A stretch of DNA of 64,000 nucleotides from positions 1-64,000 of IMG/VR virus record IMGVR_UViG_3300042905_005059, one strand, 5' to 3'. Shown here one piece after another: positions 1 through 9,920 of this stretch. The position numbers were made by a program, and so were the translations under genes. Numbering within the stretch: position 1 is the stretch's first letter; every line of letters begins with the position of its first letter. The notes beneath the pieces were generated by a model. The model saw nothing but the letters and a program-made list of their open reading frames with translations. It made no database searches and was not told the DNA's origin. Source of the DNA: a virus. Taxonomy: Duplodnaviria > Caudoviricetes.

Positions 1-1
1 A

Positions 2-3000
2 GAAACAATTATTCCAAATTTTGCAGGAGGAAGAGACACTGCAATTATTCCTAATTATGCTAAAGGAAATGTTCCGAATTTCGCTGGGAAGCAATTTAAT
101 ATAAGTTCTTCACAGGGATTTAGAACGCTGCTTGAAAAAAATGCTCAAAAAATCACAAACATTAAGTATATAACCGAAAATGGAGTAGTAGAAAATTTAG
201 ATCCTCGAAAATACAAAGTTCAATATGGGCCTGCTGTAAAAAGAGAGGAATACAAAGGGCAGCCTCCCCCAAAAGGATATAAGTCATGGGAAGAATTTAG
301 AGAAGCTACAAATACTATTTCTGTCAGAACTACTAGCGGACAAAGAAAAACTTTTAGAGCAGATAGAATTCTTCAGGTAAACGCTCTGGGCAATTCATTT
401 GTGCCATCAAGCACTCTTCAGCAAGCTAATAACCTAACTTCTCCATTTAACGCTAAAGCTTTGAGAGGAATGGGAATAGAAAACGTAACAAAAGTTAATA
501 CAGCTTTAGCAAACCCATCTATTTTTGCGACTGCTAGTTTTGAACAGCTAAAGAAATTGACTGCTAAATCTCCAACGCCTCGTGGTTTAGCTTCAGGATA
601 TATTCCAAATTTTGCTGCTGGAAGATTCATGACTCCAGCTTCTAGGCCTAGCTCTAGAGTAGGAAGCTCTGGCGGAAGTCCTAATGCTACAGAAACCGGT
701 CTAAATCAAAAATCAGCTTTTGAGAGCGCTATTGGTTCAGCGGTGACTTCTGCTATTTATTTTGCTTTGCCAAGCATAGTAACAGGATTTGCTAATGAAA
801 ATAATCAAGAAGCGATATCTGCTAGTTTAAAGGCTGGAGCAGCGGTTAATGTTTTAGCGGCTGCAATTAGTGGATTTTCTAAAGCAGGAGCTAGAGGAGC
901 AGTAACTGGAGCATTAGGAGCCTCTGTTACTTCCGGAGTTTTATTATCTCAAGCGTCTCAAGTGAAGACAGGGGTAAGAGAGCAAGTCTTTGAAAAGGCT
1001 AGAGACAAAGCAGTCAATGGATTTAATAAGCTAACTGAAAATATTTCAGATTTAACTCAAACTATTTCTGATCTAGAGTCTCAATACGCAGATCCAAACG
1101 CAAGACCTGAAGCCTTAATTAAATTAGCTAAAAAAGAACAAGATTTATTAAAGAAGATTTCTTTAAATAATCCAGAAGCTGCTGCTCTATATAAATCCGC
1201 TGGATCTCCAGAAGAAAAACAAAGAGCATTAGCGACAGCTAAAGACGCTGCTCAAAAAGAAGCTTCTGTCTCGAAAACCGTTTTAGATTTTGCTGAATTA
1301 GACACTGCTAAAAGAGACGCTAAGGCTATCACTTCATTTTTCTCTGAGTTAGCTGGACAACTAGATACTGAAAAAGTAGATATAAAGTCTTTAAGTGCTG
1401 CCAATTTTAATGATTTCCTTAAACGAGGAGGAATTGAGAAAACTAGCTCTGTTTTTTCTGGAGGCAAAGGCGGAGAAGACTTAACTAGATATTTTATTGA
1501 TTTCTTAAAAGCTCAAGAAAAGAGAGTCACTTTAAATAAAGAAGCTGAGTCTTTAATATCAGAAATAAAAAAACCTTTAATAGAACTACAAAGCTCTATC
1601 GAAAGTTCTCAAGCTGTAAGAAGCGCTTCAAGGGAAGCTAGAGGAGGATATTTAGAGAATATGTCTAGATTCTCTGGAAACTTTGGGGAAAGAGCCGCTA
1701 TAGAATCTAAAGCAGCAATTGATAGATATAATTTAAATAGAAACGAAAAACAAACCTTTTTTAGCAGAGTTTCAAGTGAATCAAAAGATCTTGCTAGCCC
1801 AGCTTTAAGATCATTAGTCCAATCTATAACCTCAAAAGGGCCCAGCAAAGACGCCTCTGATTCAATAAAATCTCTAATTGCAGATTTAAAAAAATCTAAT
1901 CCCCAATCAAAAGATATAGATAAGCTTCAAAGAATATCAACTCAGATTTTAACTGGAATCAAGAAGGCTGGCACTTTTGATAAAATTATAGAAGCTCAAA
2001 GTAAATTTGCCTTAAAAGCCTTGACTCCTCAAGAAAGACTATCTTTTGGTGGAGGAATAAAGACTTCTATTGATGCTTCTTCTAAAATAGACGCTTTCAA
2101 AAACACTCAAAGAGGAGCCTTGCAGTATCAACTTGGTTCTATGTTTGGGTCAAAAGAAACTCAAATTGGAGGACTAACTAATTTTGCTACTAATCTTAAA
2201 GAAAAATACGCTGGGCTTTTTGAAGGACAATCTGGCAAAAATGCTTTTGGAGGAATAGCTGATCAATTAACTCAGCTCAGAGCTTTTGATATTAGGCAGT
2301 CTTTGTCTAAAGACGCAATGACTGCTAGAAATATTGGTCAATTTGGTTTAGCGGGCGAACTTGAAAACAAGTTAAACCCAATGAATCAAGGAGAGATTTA
2401 TAAGACAGCGAGACTTCAAGCTGAGCAGCAGCTAGGACTAACTCCTAAAGGTTTGATAGATGAATCTTTAAGCGAAGCTGACAGAGCCGACGCGTTAGAT
2501 AGGCAAGCAAAAGCTTCAGAAGATCAGCAAATAAGAAGCGTAGAAAAAGCACTAGCGCCATCAATAGATGCAATAACTTACTCTTTCGTTAATCAAATAA
2601 ATCAATTACAAGAGCCATTAAATACTGCTATCCAAAATGCATTTGGCAAAGGAATGGAAATTTCTAATGCTACTTTAATAGCAAAAAATTTAGATCTTGG
2701 CAGTATCATTGGAGGCAAAAATGCTCCTGAGACAAATGAGTATAGAAACGCTCCAATCACAGCAGAAGAAAGGGCTGCTAGAAAAGCTGAATTAGGTTTA
2801 GCTGGCGGATTTATTCCTAATTTTTCTCAATCAGCAATTTCTGACGCTGTAAATAGAGAAAAAACAGCATTAACACAAAGAGGCATCCCGGCTTCAGTAA
2901 TTGGAGGCAGCGTTCCTAATTTTGCTAAAATAAATATAGAGCAAAGCAATAAATTAATGAACAGATCTAATCCAATGGGATTTGCTGTTACTAATAGCGT

Positions 3001-6000
3001 TGATGAGCCAAATGGTTTGGCGAGTATTGGTTTAGCTTCTGGAGGATTTATTCCTAATTTTGCTGATGATCCAAAAGCGATAGAAGCGTTTAAAAATGCC
3101 TTAATTCAAACCTTGACAGATGTATCTCAAGTAGAGGAGATAAAGAAATTTGATAAACAACAAGTCCTTGCTGCTATAAGCGAAGTGTCTGAGAGTGGTG
3201 GCAATAAATTTAGATATATTTCTAAAGATTCTTTATCTCAAATAGTAAAACAAATTCAACCACTAGCTGCTTCGGCTGGTCTATCTATCGAAAATCCTTA
3301 TTTATTAGCTTCACAAGCGCAAAGCTCAAAAGCAATTACCAAAGAAGAGTTTATCCCCAAGAATTTTGATAGTGAGAATAGATATTTTCCAGATCCCAAA
3401 ACCAAAGGAACTCCCAGAGTTGCAATATATTTAACAACTGGGTTAGAATATGAAACGGCTACCAAAGCTCAAGAAACTCTCAAAGTTCAAGAAACTCCCA
3501 AAGTTCAAGAAGCGAAAAAAGAGCAAGCTAAGTCAGAATTGATTAAACCTTCTATCGCTCAAGCAGTTCCCGAAGCTGGAAAAACAATAAAAGAAGTAAT
3601 TGCTGAAGTAGTTAAAAAATCAACTCCCAAAGCAAAGCTTAGTAAACCTAAAAGCAAAGCTGCTAACTTAATTTCTTCAAGCCTTGCTCAAAGCAGCGCT
3701 GATCCTAGTTCTAGCATATATGAACCCGGAGCCACTAATTTTGAGAGATTAGGTGCCGTAAAAGCAAAAGATTCTGCTAAAAGACTTGCAGAAGAACGAA
3801 ATGCAGAATTAATTAAGGAAGAATCTAATGCGCTAAGAAGGAGCAAAAGACTAGAAAAAAAACGAAATGCAGAATTAATTAAGCAAAGATCTGATGCGCT
3901 AATAAGAAGCCGCGCTAAAAGATTTGTAAATCCAGAAATAGGATTAGAGTCTGGTCAATCTTTGTTGCCATTAGAAATGCTTGGCAGAACAAAAGAAGGT
4001 CGATTTCAAAAATCGGTAGAAACATTTGTAAACGAATCTTTAATTAAACAAAAGCAAGCTGCTGACGTTCAAAAAGAAGTAGAGGCTTTAAAGAAAGGGC
4101 CGCAGGCAAAATCTTTAACTGAAGCCATAAAATTAAAAAAACTTAATCCAGAAAAACAAATCCCATTAGTTTACGATAGTGCTACACAATCTTTCAAGCC
4201 AAGCGAAAGCAAACCGGGCACGGGTCAGCTTCCTTTATTTGAGCAAGAAAGATCCGGGGGGTCTGTTTTCGGAAAGGGTCTTGGAAGATACGCGCCAGCT
4301 AAAGGATTAAAATATTTATCATTAGCCGAGCAACAAGAAGCTCAACGTATTAAAAATGAAAATCTAAATATTAAAAATGAATTAATATTAGAGCAGATGG
4401 AAAAGGGTCCATTTGAAAAGCAATATAGGACTCTGCTAAGGGAAGAGGCTAGAGCAAATGTTTCTAGGTCTAATCTTCCTAAGTCATCAATTTTTGCAGA
4501 TTCACCTGAAGAGTCTTTATCAAGGAAAAAAGCAGAAGCATCACAGTTTTTAAAAAACCAATCTTCGTTAGAAAATCTAATACTACAAAGAGAGGGTCTT
4601 TTAGATCCTAGATTGGCCCCTCTTTCCTTAGAGCAGGTGTTTTTGGAGGCAGGTCTTTTAGATCCTAGATTAGCTAATAAAGAGTCTATGGGAAGTAAGC
4701 CTCAAGGTATGCTTTTGACCGCTGAAGAAGCGACATTCCAAAAACTTGAAACGAGTCGAAAAGAAAAAGAAGCTAGAAGAAGAAGCAGGATTTCTCCTAC
4801 AGTTCCTAAATTTCTTCCTCCTGCAGATCCTAAATTTATTAAACCAACTGTATTAGATCTAGAAGGTACTAGCCCATTATTTAAAAAAGCTGGTCCCGGG
4901 CTTTTATTCACAGGGTCTTTTGGAGCCCCCACTCAAACCACTAGGGATTTATCAATAAATACCACTGCAGGTTTTAATACTACAAAAGCCTTATTAGAAT
5001 CTAATCCACAATTGGCCAAAAGCATTCTTGGCGATAATTTTGCTGATATTTTAAGATCTAGATCAGCTTTTAAGAAATGGAACAAATCTCAAGGCGAAAC
5101 TATAGTTGGAGTAAAAAACGACGGCTCTTCCTTGATCGCTAAATTAACTGAAACAGAGCAAAGGAAAGCGAGCCAAGCAATAAACGCAGGTTTAGCAACG
5201 GCTGCTAGAGCTGCTAGAGCTGCTGGTGGCGGGGCTGGAGCTGGTGGCGGGCTTGGTGGCGGTGCTGGCGGGGCTGGAGGTGGGTTTGGCGGTGGAGCTG
5301 GAGGTGGAGCTGGTGGCGGGTTTGGTGGCGGTGCTGGCGGGGCTGGAGGTGGGTTTGGCGGTGGAGCTGGAGGTGGAGCTGGTGGCGGGTTTGGTGGCGG
5401 TGCTGGTGGATGGCGTGGAGCAGCTCGCGCAGGCAGTGGCCCCGGTCCCAGTGGTAATTATTTTAAAATGCGAAATCAATCTGGCGGTTTTGGAGCTTCT
5501 TTAGCTGGAGCTGCTAATTCTGCCGCCGCTGCCGCCGCTGCTAAAGCTAGCTCCTTCGCCACAGCGCTGGGAGGATCTGCTGCTGGAAAGATGGCTAAAA
5601 AATATTTAAACGTTACGTCGAATTTAGCTGGAAAATATTCAAAAGTTGGGTCGAATTTGTTGGATACCGGTTTTAAATCATTAGGGTATTTTTCTCAAAA
5701 AGATATTAATCTTGAAGCTGAGAAGCTTTTAAAATTTGATCAAGAATTATTAAAGAATAAAACAATATCTCCAGAAACAAGAACTTCAGCGGCTGAAGCT
5801 TACTTAGAAAAACTAGGCCCTTTCGCATCAAAAGTAAGAGACGTAAGCAATCAGATGCTAGAGAAGCAAAATTTCGAAAAGACAAGAGCTGATATAAAAG
5901 GAAAATTTGAAAAAATATTTGATCCTAATACAGGAAAAGTTAATCTTAATAATAGAATTATTGATCCTACAGGATCAGACGTATTTGATTCAGTAACAAA

Positions 6001-7972
6001 AGAAATTAATAAAGCAATTTCAGAAGGTAGACTAACTCCTGAGCAAGGTGCAAAATTACAAAGCAAAATATACTCAGAGACTTTCGGTGTTAGCCCTAAT
6101 GAATACGCAAGCCTGCTGAAAAGAAAAGGCACTAATTTTGGTTCTCTTCCTGATTATTTAGCTAATACAGATCCCGCGCCAAATTTAAATGATCAGCTAA
6201 AAGCAAAAGGAACGGCTGCAGATTTAAAGCGATTAAATCAAACAATGAATAGATCAGTAGGGTATGAATTTAATCCTGCTACTGGAAAAGCAACGCCCTC
6301 AAGCCAGCGGAGCCCAAATTGGATAAGTTTTTCTGACTTCGTATTGCAAAGAACAAAAGAGATAAATGAAAATCCTAGCCTTACTAAAGAAGAGAAAAAA
6401 ACAACTATAGAAGAACTTAGAATGAAGAGAGCCAAAGACGAGGCCGCAGCTAAGAGAAATTTTGCGAAGAACAGAGGCTTCGAATACAACTCTCTAACTG
6501 GAGAAGCAATGCCGGAAGGATCGATTGTCGAAGCTTCTAAAGCTAGAAGAGCTGATAGAGAATTGGCTACCGCTACTCAAGAAAACAGATTCGGCAAAAT
6601 CGGCAACGTTGGGTTAGGCCTTGCTGGTGTGGCGTTCGGAGCTTTAGGAGCGTACCAGCAGCTTAAGGAGGGAAACTACACAGAAGGAGTTTTCTCTAGC
6701 ATTGGAGCTTTAGCATCTTTACCAGAAGCAGTTATCGCAAAGAATGCAAGACTGCAATCGTTAGTAGACAAAATTGGCGGCCGAGAAACGCTAGGGAAAA
6801 TAGCTGGTGGAGCTTTTGGTATAGCTGGGGCAATTGGTTCAGCGAGCCAAGCTGGCAAAGAATTCGCTGAAGGAAAAACAGGGCAAGGTGCTTATTCTAC
6901 ACTGCAAGGAGCAGTTAGCGGCGGAGCTGGGCTAGCGTCAATTGCTGGTCAAGCTGTAATGGGTCAGCGGTTATTTGGTGTCGGAGCTGGATTAGGATTT
7001 GCGAGAGAGTTGTACAACGCTAAAGATAATAATTTCCAATTAACTTCTGGAGATACAACAAAAGGAAGATTCCTGTCTGCTTTTACTGGTCAAAATTTTG
7101 AAGGGGAAGCTGGAAAAGATCAATATTTGGCAGCCGCTGGAGATTTAGCTGGAACTGCTTTTACATATGGTATGGGCGGGATTGGCGCAGGAGTTGCAGT
7201 TGCCAAATTAGGATATAGATTTGGAAATTTTCTAGAGCAAGAGGTAGATGATTTCTTAGGAATGTCAGACACAGCATCTAAATATGGCACTAAAAATATA
7301 GCCTCTCGAAAAGATTTCGAGACTGTAGAAGATTATAAAAAATATCTTGAAGAAGAGAAAAAGAAATACTCTTACAGCGCTGGATCTTCAATATTTAATC
7401 CAGATTCTTATCTATTTGATGCGAATAGACTTAGTGGTAAATCAGTTTCGTTTTTCTCGAAAGGTTTTATCCCTAATTTTTCAGCGCTCAAAGAGATGTC
7501 GGCTATTAGAAATAGCCCAGACTACGCTGGATATAGGAATGCCAGCCCAATGATGTCTTCTGTATATGATGATAAAGTAATAAATACAGCAGAAATAGAA
7601 ACTCCAGTTCAAGATGTTTACGCTAGAATGTTTGGCCCAATTGGATACTCAATGAAGCCAAAGAATCCAAATGAGACTCATGCAATATTGAATCCTGCTC
7701 AGCAAAATGCTTTGGGTTATGCTGCGGGAGGCTTTGTTCCGAACTTCTCTATGGATGAGTTCACATCTAAGATAACAGAAGCTATGCAAAATGGAATGGG
7801 TTCTTATGCTGGAGGCTCTGTCCCTCAAACAAGCAATAATGTTTATTTGAACGACAATAGATCTTACTCAGAAGCTTCTAATGATGTAATGGAAGGAGTT
7901 CTAGACTTACTGTTTAAGAAATATCCTCAAGAGATGGCAGCTCTAGGACCAAAAATCACTAAATTCAAATAA
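2..7972 (+). CDS. Tape-measure-like giant tail protein, 5'-truncated (>2656 aa)
   Basis: Frame is open from nt 2 (ETIIPNFAGG...) into the track ORF at 401, so the GTG start is not the real start. Gly/Ala-rich hydrophobic helices at about 700-960 and 6600-7230, long helical charged segments, repeated A-x-GG-F-I-P-N-F motifs, and position directly upstream of a long structural block. Confidence 0.75.
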   Translation, partial: ETIIPNFAGGRDTAIIPNYAKGNVPNFAGKQFNISSSQGFRTLLEKNAQKITNIKYITENGVVENLDPRKYKVQYGPAVKREEYKGQPPPKGYKSWEEFREATNTISVRTTSGQRKTFRADRILQVNALGNSFVPSSTLQQANNLTSPFNAKALRGMGIENVTKVNTALANPSIFATASFEQLKKLTAKSPTPRGLASGYIPNFAAGRFMTPASRPSSRVGSSGGSPNATETGLNQKSAFESAIGSAVTSAIYFALPSIVTGFANENNQEAISASLKAGAAVNVLAAAISGFSKAGARGAVTGALGASVTSGVLLSQASQVKTGVREQVFEKARDKAVNGFNKLTENISDLTQTISDLESQYADPNARPEALIKLAKKEQDLLKKISLNNPEAAALYKSAGSPEEKQRALATAKDAAQKEASVSKTVLDFAELDTAKRDAKAITSFFSELAGQLDTEKVDIKSLSAANFNDFLKRGGIEKTSSVFSGGKGGEDLTRYFIDFLKAQEKRVTLNKEAESLISEIKKPLIELQSSIESSQAVRSASREARGGYLENMSRFSGNFGERAAIESKAAIDRYNLNRNEKQTFFSRVSSESKDLASPALRSLVQSITSKGPSKDASDSIKSLIADLKKSNPQSKDIDKLQRISTQILTGIKKAGTFDKIIEAQSKFALKALTPQERLSFGGGIKTSIDASSKIDAFKNTQRGALQYQLGSMFGSKETQIGGLTNFATNLKEKYAGLFEGQSGKNAFGGIADQLTQLRAFDIRQSLSKDAMTARNIGQFGLAGELENKLNPMNQGEIYKTARLQAEQQLGLTPKGLIDESLSEADRADALDRQAKASEDQQIRSVEKALAPSIDAITYSFVNQINQLQEPLNTAIQNAFGKGMEISNATLIAKNLDLGSIIGGKNAPETNEYRNAPITAEERAARKAELGLAGGFIPNFSQSAISDAVNREKTALTQRGIPASVIGGSVPNFAKINIEQSNKLMNRSNPMGFAVTNSVDEPNGLASIGLASGGFIPNFADDPKAIEAFKNALIQTLTDVSQVEEIKKFDKQQVLAAISEVSESGGNKFRYISKDSLSQIVKQIQPLAASAGLSIENPYLLASQAQSSKAITKEEFIPKNFDSENRYFPDPKTKGTPRVAIYLTTGLEYETATKAQETLKVQETPKVQEAKKEQAKSELIKPSIAQAVPEAGKTIKEVIAEVVKKSTPKAKLSKPKSKAANLISSSLAQSSADPSSSIYEPGATNFERLGAVKAKDSAKRLAEERNAELIKEESNALRRSKRLEKKRNAELIKQRSDALIRSRAKRFVNPEIGLESGQSLLPLEMLGRTKEGRFQKSVETFVNESLIKQKQAADVQKEVEALKKGPQAKSLTEAIKLKKLNPEKQIPLVYDSATQSFKPSESKPGTGQLPLFEQERSGGSVFGKGLGRYAPAKGLKYLSLAEQQEAQRIKNENLNIKNELILEQMEKGPFEKQYRTLLREEARANVSRSNLPKSSIFADSPEESLSRKKAEASQFLKNQSSLENLILQREGLLDPRLAPLSLEQVFLEAGLLDPRLANKESMGSKPQGMLLTAEEATFQKLETSRKEKEARRRSRISPTVPKFLPPADPKFIKPTVLDLEGTSPLFKKAGPGLLFTGSFGAPTQTTRDLSINTTAGFNTTKALLESNPQLAKSILGDNFADILRSRSAFKKWNKSQGETIVGVKNDGSSLIAKLTETEQRKASQAINAGLATAARAARAAGGGAGAGGGLGGGAGGAGGGFGGGAGGGAGGGFGGGAGGAGGGFGGGAGGGAGGGFGGGAGGWRGAARAGSGPGPSGNYFKMRNQSGGFGASLAGAANSAAAAAAAKASSFATALGGSAAGKMAKKYLNVTSNLAGKYSKVGSNLLDTGFKSLGYFSQKDINLEAEKLLKFDQELLKNKTISPETRTSAAEAYLEKLGPFASKVRDVSNQMLEKQNFEKTRADIKGKFEKIFDPNTGKVNLNNRIIDPTGSDVFDSVTKEINKAISEGRLTPEQGAKLQSKIYSETFGVSPNEYASLLKRKGTNFGSLPDYLANTDPAPNLNDQLKAKGTAADLKRLNQTMNRSVGYEFNPATGKATPSSQRSPNWISFSDFVLQRTKEINENPSLTKEEKKTTIEELRMKRAKDEAAAKRNFAKNRGFEYNSLTGEAMPEGSIVEASKARRADRELATATQENRFGKIGNVGLGLAGVAFGALGAYQQLKEGNYTEGVFSSIGALASLPEAVIAKNARLQSLVDKIGGRETLGKIAGGAFGIAGAIGSASQAGKEFAEGKTGQGAYSTLQGAVSGGAGLASIAGQAVMGQRLFGVGAGLGFARELYNAKDNNFQLTSGDTTKGRFLSAFTGQNFEGEAGKDQYLAAAGDLAGTAFTYGMGGIGAGVAVAKLGYRFGNFLEQEVDDFLGMSDTASKYGTKNIASRKDFETVEDYKKYLEEEKKKYSYSAGSSIFNPDSYLFDANRLSGKSVSFFSKGFIPNFSALKEMSAIRNSPDYAGYRNASPMMSSVYDDKVINTAEIETPVQDVYARMFGPIGYSMKPKNPNETHAILNPAQQNALGYAAGGFVPNFSMDEFTSKITEAMQNGMGSYAGGSVPQTSNNVYLNDNRSYSEASNDVMEGVLDLLFKKYPQEMAALGPKITKFK
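3463..3511 (+). repeat. 18-nt in-frame tandem repeat, about 2.7 copies (K-A/V-Q-E-T-L/P)
   Basis: caaagctcaagaaactct / caaagttcaagaaactcc / caaagttcaagaa. Confidence 0.85.
3795..3905 (+). repeat. Imperfect in-frame duplication, 66-nt period (RNAELIK..S.AL.R)
   Basis: aacgaaatgcagaattaattaag is identical at 3795-3817 and 3861-3883, with similarity continuing downstream. Confidence 0.85.
4595..4671 (+). repeat. Direct repeat, 20 nt at 57-nt spacing (GLLDPRL x2)
   Basis: ggtcttttagatcctagatt at 4595-4614 and 4652-4671. Confidence 0.85.
5237..5406 (+). repeat. 69-nt GC-rich tandem repeat, about 2.5 copies, encoding GAGGGFGGGAGGAGGGFGGGAGG
   Basis: Units start at 5237, 5306 and 5375; only one mismatch between units 1 and 2 (ctt vs ttt). 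Confidence 0.95.
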
Positions 7973-7990
7973 ATAATACTATAATAACAT

Positions 7991-9919
7991 ATGGCTTTTA
8001 CATCTGAGACTATTCTAAAATTTGGCAGCACTACTATAAATTTTGCTGTTATAACTTTATTAGATTACTCTCTGGAGAACGAGAAGGCTGGAGCTTTTGC
8101 TTATAGAAGAAAAGAGACTGTATCTTTGCAGGGCTTATTTTCTAATAGAGAATCAAATGTTCCTATCAAAGAACACTTTAGGCAAATCCAGTTGTTGTTA
8201 GAAAATGCCACAGACTTCGTAGATCTACAATTAAATGATAAGTCTTATGGAAAGGCAAGATTCTTAAGTTTTGCTTTTCCAGCTTCTGTAGCTTTTGATG
8301 AAAATTCAGTCAGATTTTCTAAGATAAATATTCAATTAGAAATACTAAAAGACGACTCCTCTGGGACTTTTGCTAATAACAATCTTCCAAGTTCAGTTTC
8401 TTCTTTGTCTTCTAATTGGTATAAGTTAAAGAATTTTAACGAAAATTTATCCTTCGCTCTAACTGAAGATGGCAATTTTTCAGCAACTCATACCATATCA
8501 TTCGGATATGACAACATAGATAAGTCATCAGATTCTGTAGTAGTAACTGAAGCTAGAGACATAGCTAATAAATTTTTCGCTCAAAGCTTAGATGCTCTTT
8601 CTTCTATTAGGTCATTCTATAGCTCTACTGATTTTCAAATATCTGCTTCTGATTATGGATCTTCATTAGTCGACCAAACTATAGATCTAATAAACTACAC
8701 ATTTTCATACTCTAAGAACTATATTGTTTTTTCGAATAACTCTTCAACTACTACAGAAACAATAGTAACAGAAATAAATTATGCCGAAAATGGTGTAATA
8801 GAAGTAATAGAGAAAGCAAGAATAAAGGGAAAAGGAAATAACTATTCATCCGCTAGAGCTAATGCTATCTCTAAATTAGAATCTAATCTATCCTCTTCGT
8901 ATTCCAGATGCAATGATGCGTTCAACAGGTATTTTACTACGAACTATTCTAAGTTCGCTCAACTTTTGCCTAAGTTTAATTCAAGTGACTCTCTGCAGAG
9001 TAATCCTGTTTCTATATCCAAGGATTTAAGCGAGTTTGGCCCAGAGATAGGGTATGAAATTAGATTTACTACTAGTCCAGTATACGCTTTATCCACCCGC
9101 ATACATTCTTATTCAGTTTCTTTGAATAGAACCCCAGAAGGCATTTATGACGCCCAAGTTTCTGGATCAATAAAATACTATACCAATAAGAATAAATCTT
9201 TTCCCTTAAGTACTTCAGGTTTTATTGCAGATATTAAATCGATTATAGATAATGATACTACTTTAGGAAAAGACTTAATTACTCCTTACTATGCAAAACT
9301 TGCTGGATCAGGAACTTACACTGGGATAAAAATCAACTCTTCTTTAAGTCATGCTAAATTTGGCGTAGAAACAACTTATACAAAAAACTACTCAAATTCA
9401 GGAATTTATTTGGCTTCTGGAGGATTAGTAAGGCAAGTAAGCATAACAGAAAATATAGCTTTGCCGACTAATAGATTCTCTACTGTAAATATTCCCGGAT
9501 CTTATAATCTTAGATCTAATACTTCGGCTCCATTAAAAACTCTTGGCAAAGAAGTTATTTATCAAACTAGACAGCTAGGAGAAGGCGCTAAGAGTATTTC
9601 TTTAGACATCAAGGTAGATAGAAATATTTTGTACGCAGGATCAAGCCCCGGAGTAAATACAAATGTAGATAGCGTTTTTGCAAAAATATATTATTTGCTT
9701 ACTTCTGCTATGATAAATAAAAATACAAGCGGATATCTGGTTTCTGGAGCTAATCCTTTGCTGCTCTCTACCTTCACAAAAATATTCAATGAAGGGTTCT
9801 CTTTTAAGATCGGAGATCTTACTTACTTCTTAGATAATTTAACATTGTCCGCGAATAATAACTACAATATTAAAGTAAATTTCTCTTACAAGTTTTTTGC
9901 TAAAAAGGAGGTTTTGTAA
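7991..9919 (+). CDS. Putative tail-tip structural protein (642 aa), modular beta-rich; paralog of next gene
   Basis: Long ORF immediately after the tape-measure-like gene; Ser/Thr/Tyr-rich alternating beta-strand patterns; motif-by-motif similarity to 9921-11789. Function inferred from position only. Confidence 0.55.
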   Translation: MAFTSETILKFGSTTINFAVITLLDYSLENEKAGAFAYRRKETVSLQGLFSNRESNVPIKEHFRQIQLLLENATDFVDLQLNDKSYGKARFLSFAFPASVAFDENSVRFSKINIQLEILKDDSSGTFANNNLPSSVSSLSSNWYKLKNFNENLSFALTEDGNFSATHTISFGYDNIDKSSDSVVVTEARDIANKFFAQSLDALSSIRSFYSSTDFQISASDYGSSLVDQTIDLINYTFSYSKNYIVFSNNSSTTTETIVTEINYAENGVIEVIEKARIKGKGNNYSSARANAISKLESNLSSSYSRCNDAFNRYFTTNYSKFAQLLPKFNSSDSLQSNPVSISKDLSEFGPEIGYEIRFTTSPVYALSTRIHSYSVSLNRTPEGIYDAQVSGSIKYYTNKNKSFPLSTSGFIADIKSIIDNDTTLGKDLITPYYAKLAGSGTYTGIKINSSLSHAKFGVETTYTKNYSNSGIYLASGGLVRQVSITENIALPTNRFSTVNIPGSYNLRSNTSAPLKTLGKEVIYQTRQLGEGAKSISLDIKVDRNILYAGSSPGVNTNVDSVFAKIYYLLTSAMINKNTSGYLVSGANPLLLSTFTKIFNEGFSFKIGDLTYFLDNLTLSANNNYNIKVNFSYKFFAKKEVL

Positions 9920-9920
9920 A

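Larger units (their letters stand above)
8..7750 (+). repeat. Nine dispersed I/V-P-N-F/Y peptide motifs in the tape-measure-like ORF
   Basis: IIPNFA 8-25, IPNYA 47-61, VPNFA 71-85, GYIPNFA 596-616, GGFIPNFS 2804-2827, GGSVPNFA 2903-2926, GGFIPNFA 3041-3064, GFIPNFS 7463-7483, GGFVPNFS 7727-7750; synonymous codons differ between copies. Confidence 0.9.

Noticed and set aside
5237-5406. Tandem repeat as a possible CRISPR array
   Set aside because: Units are contiguous with no unique spacers and are in-frame coding sequence.
5192-5504. Track ORFs 5192-5479 (-) and 5226-5504 (+) with repetitive translations
   Set aside because: Alternative-frame shadows of the GC-rich glycine repeat, which lacks stop codons; they lie wholly within the main ORF.
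2-7972. Tail length estimate from tape-measure length
   Set aside because: The gene is truncated and much of it looks like non-ruler cargo or disordered sequence, so the usual per-residue rule is not applicable.
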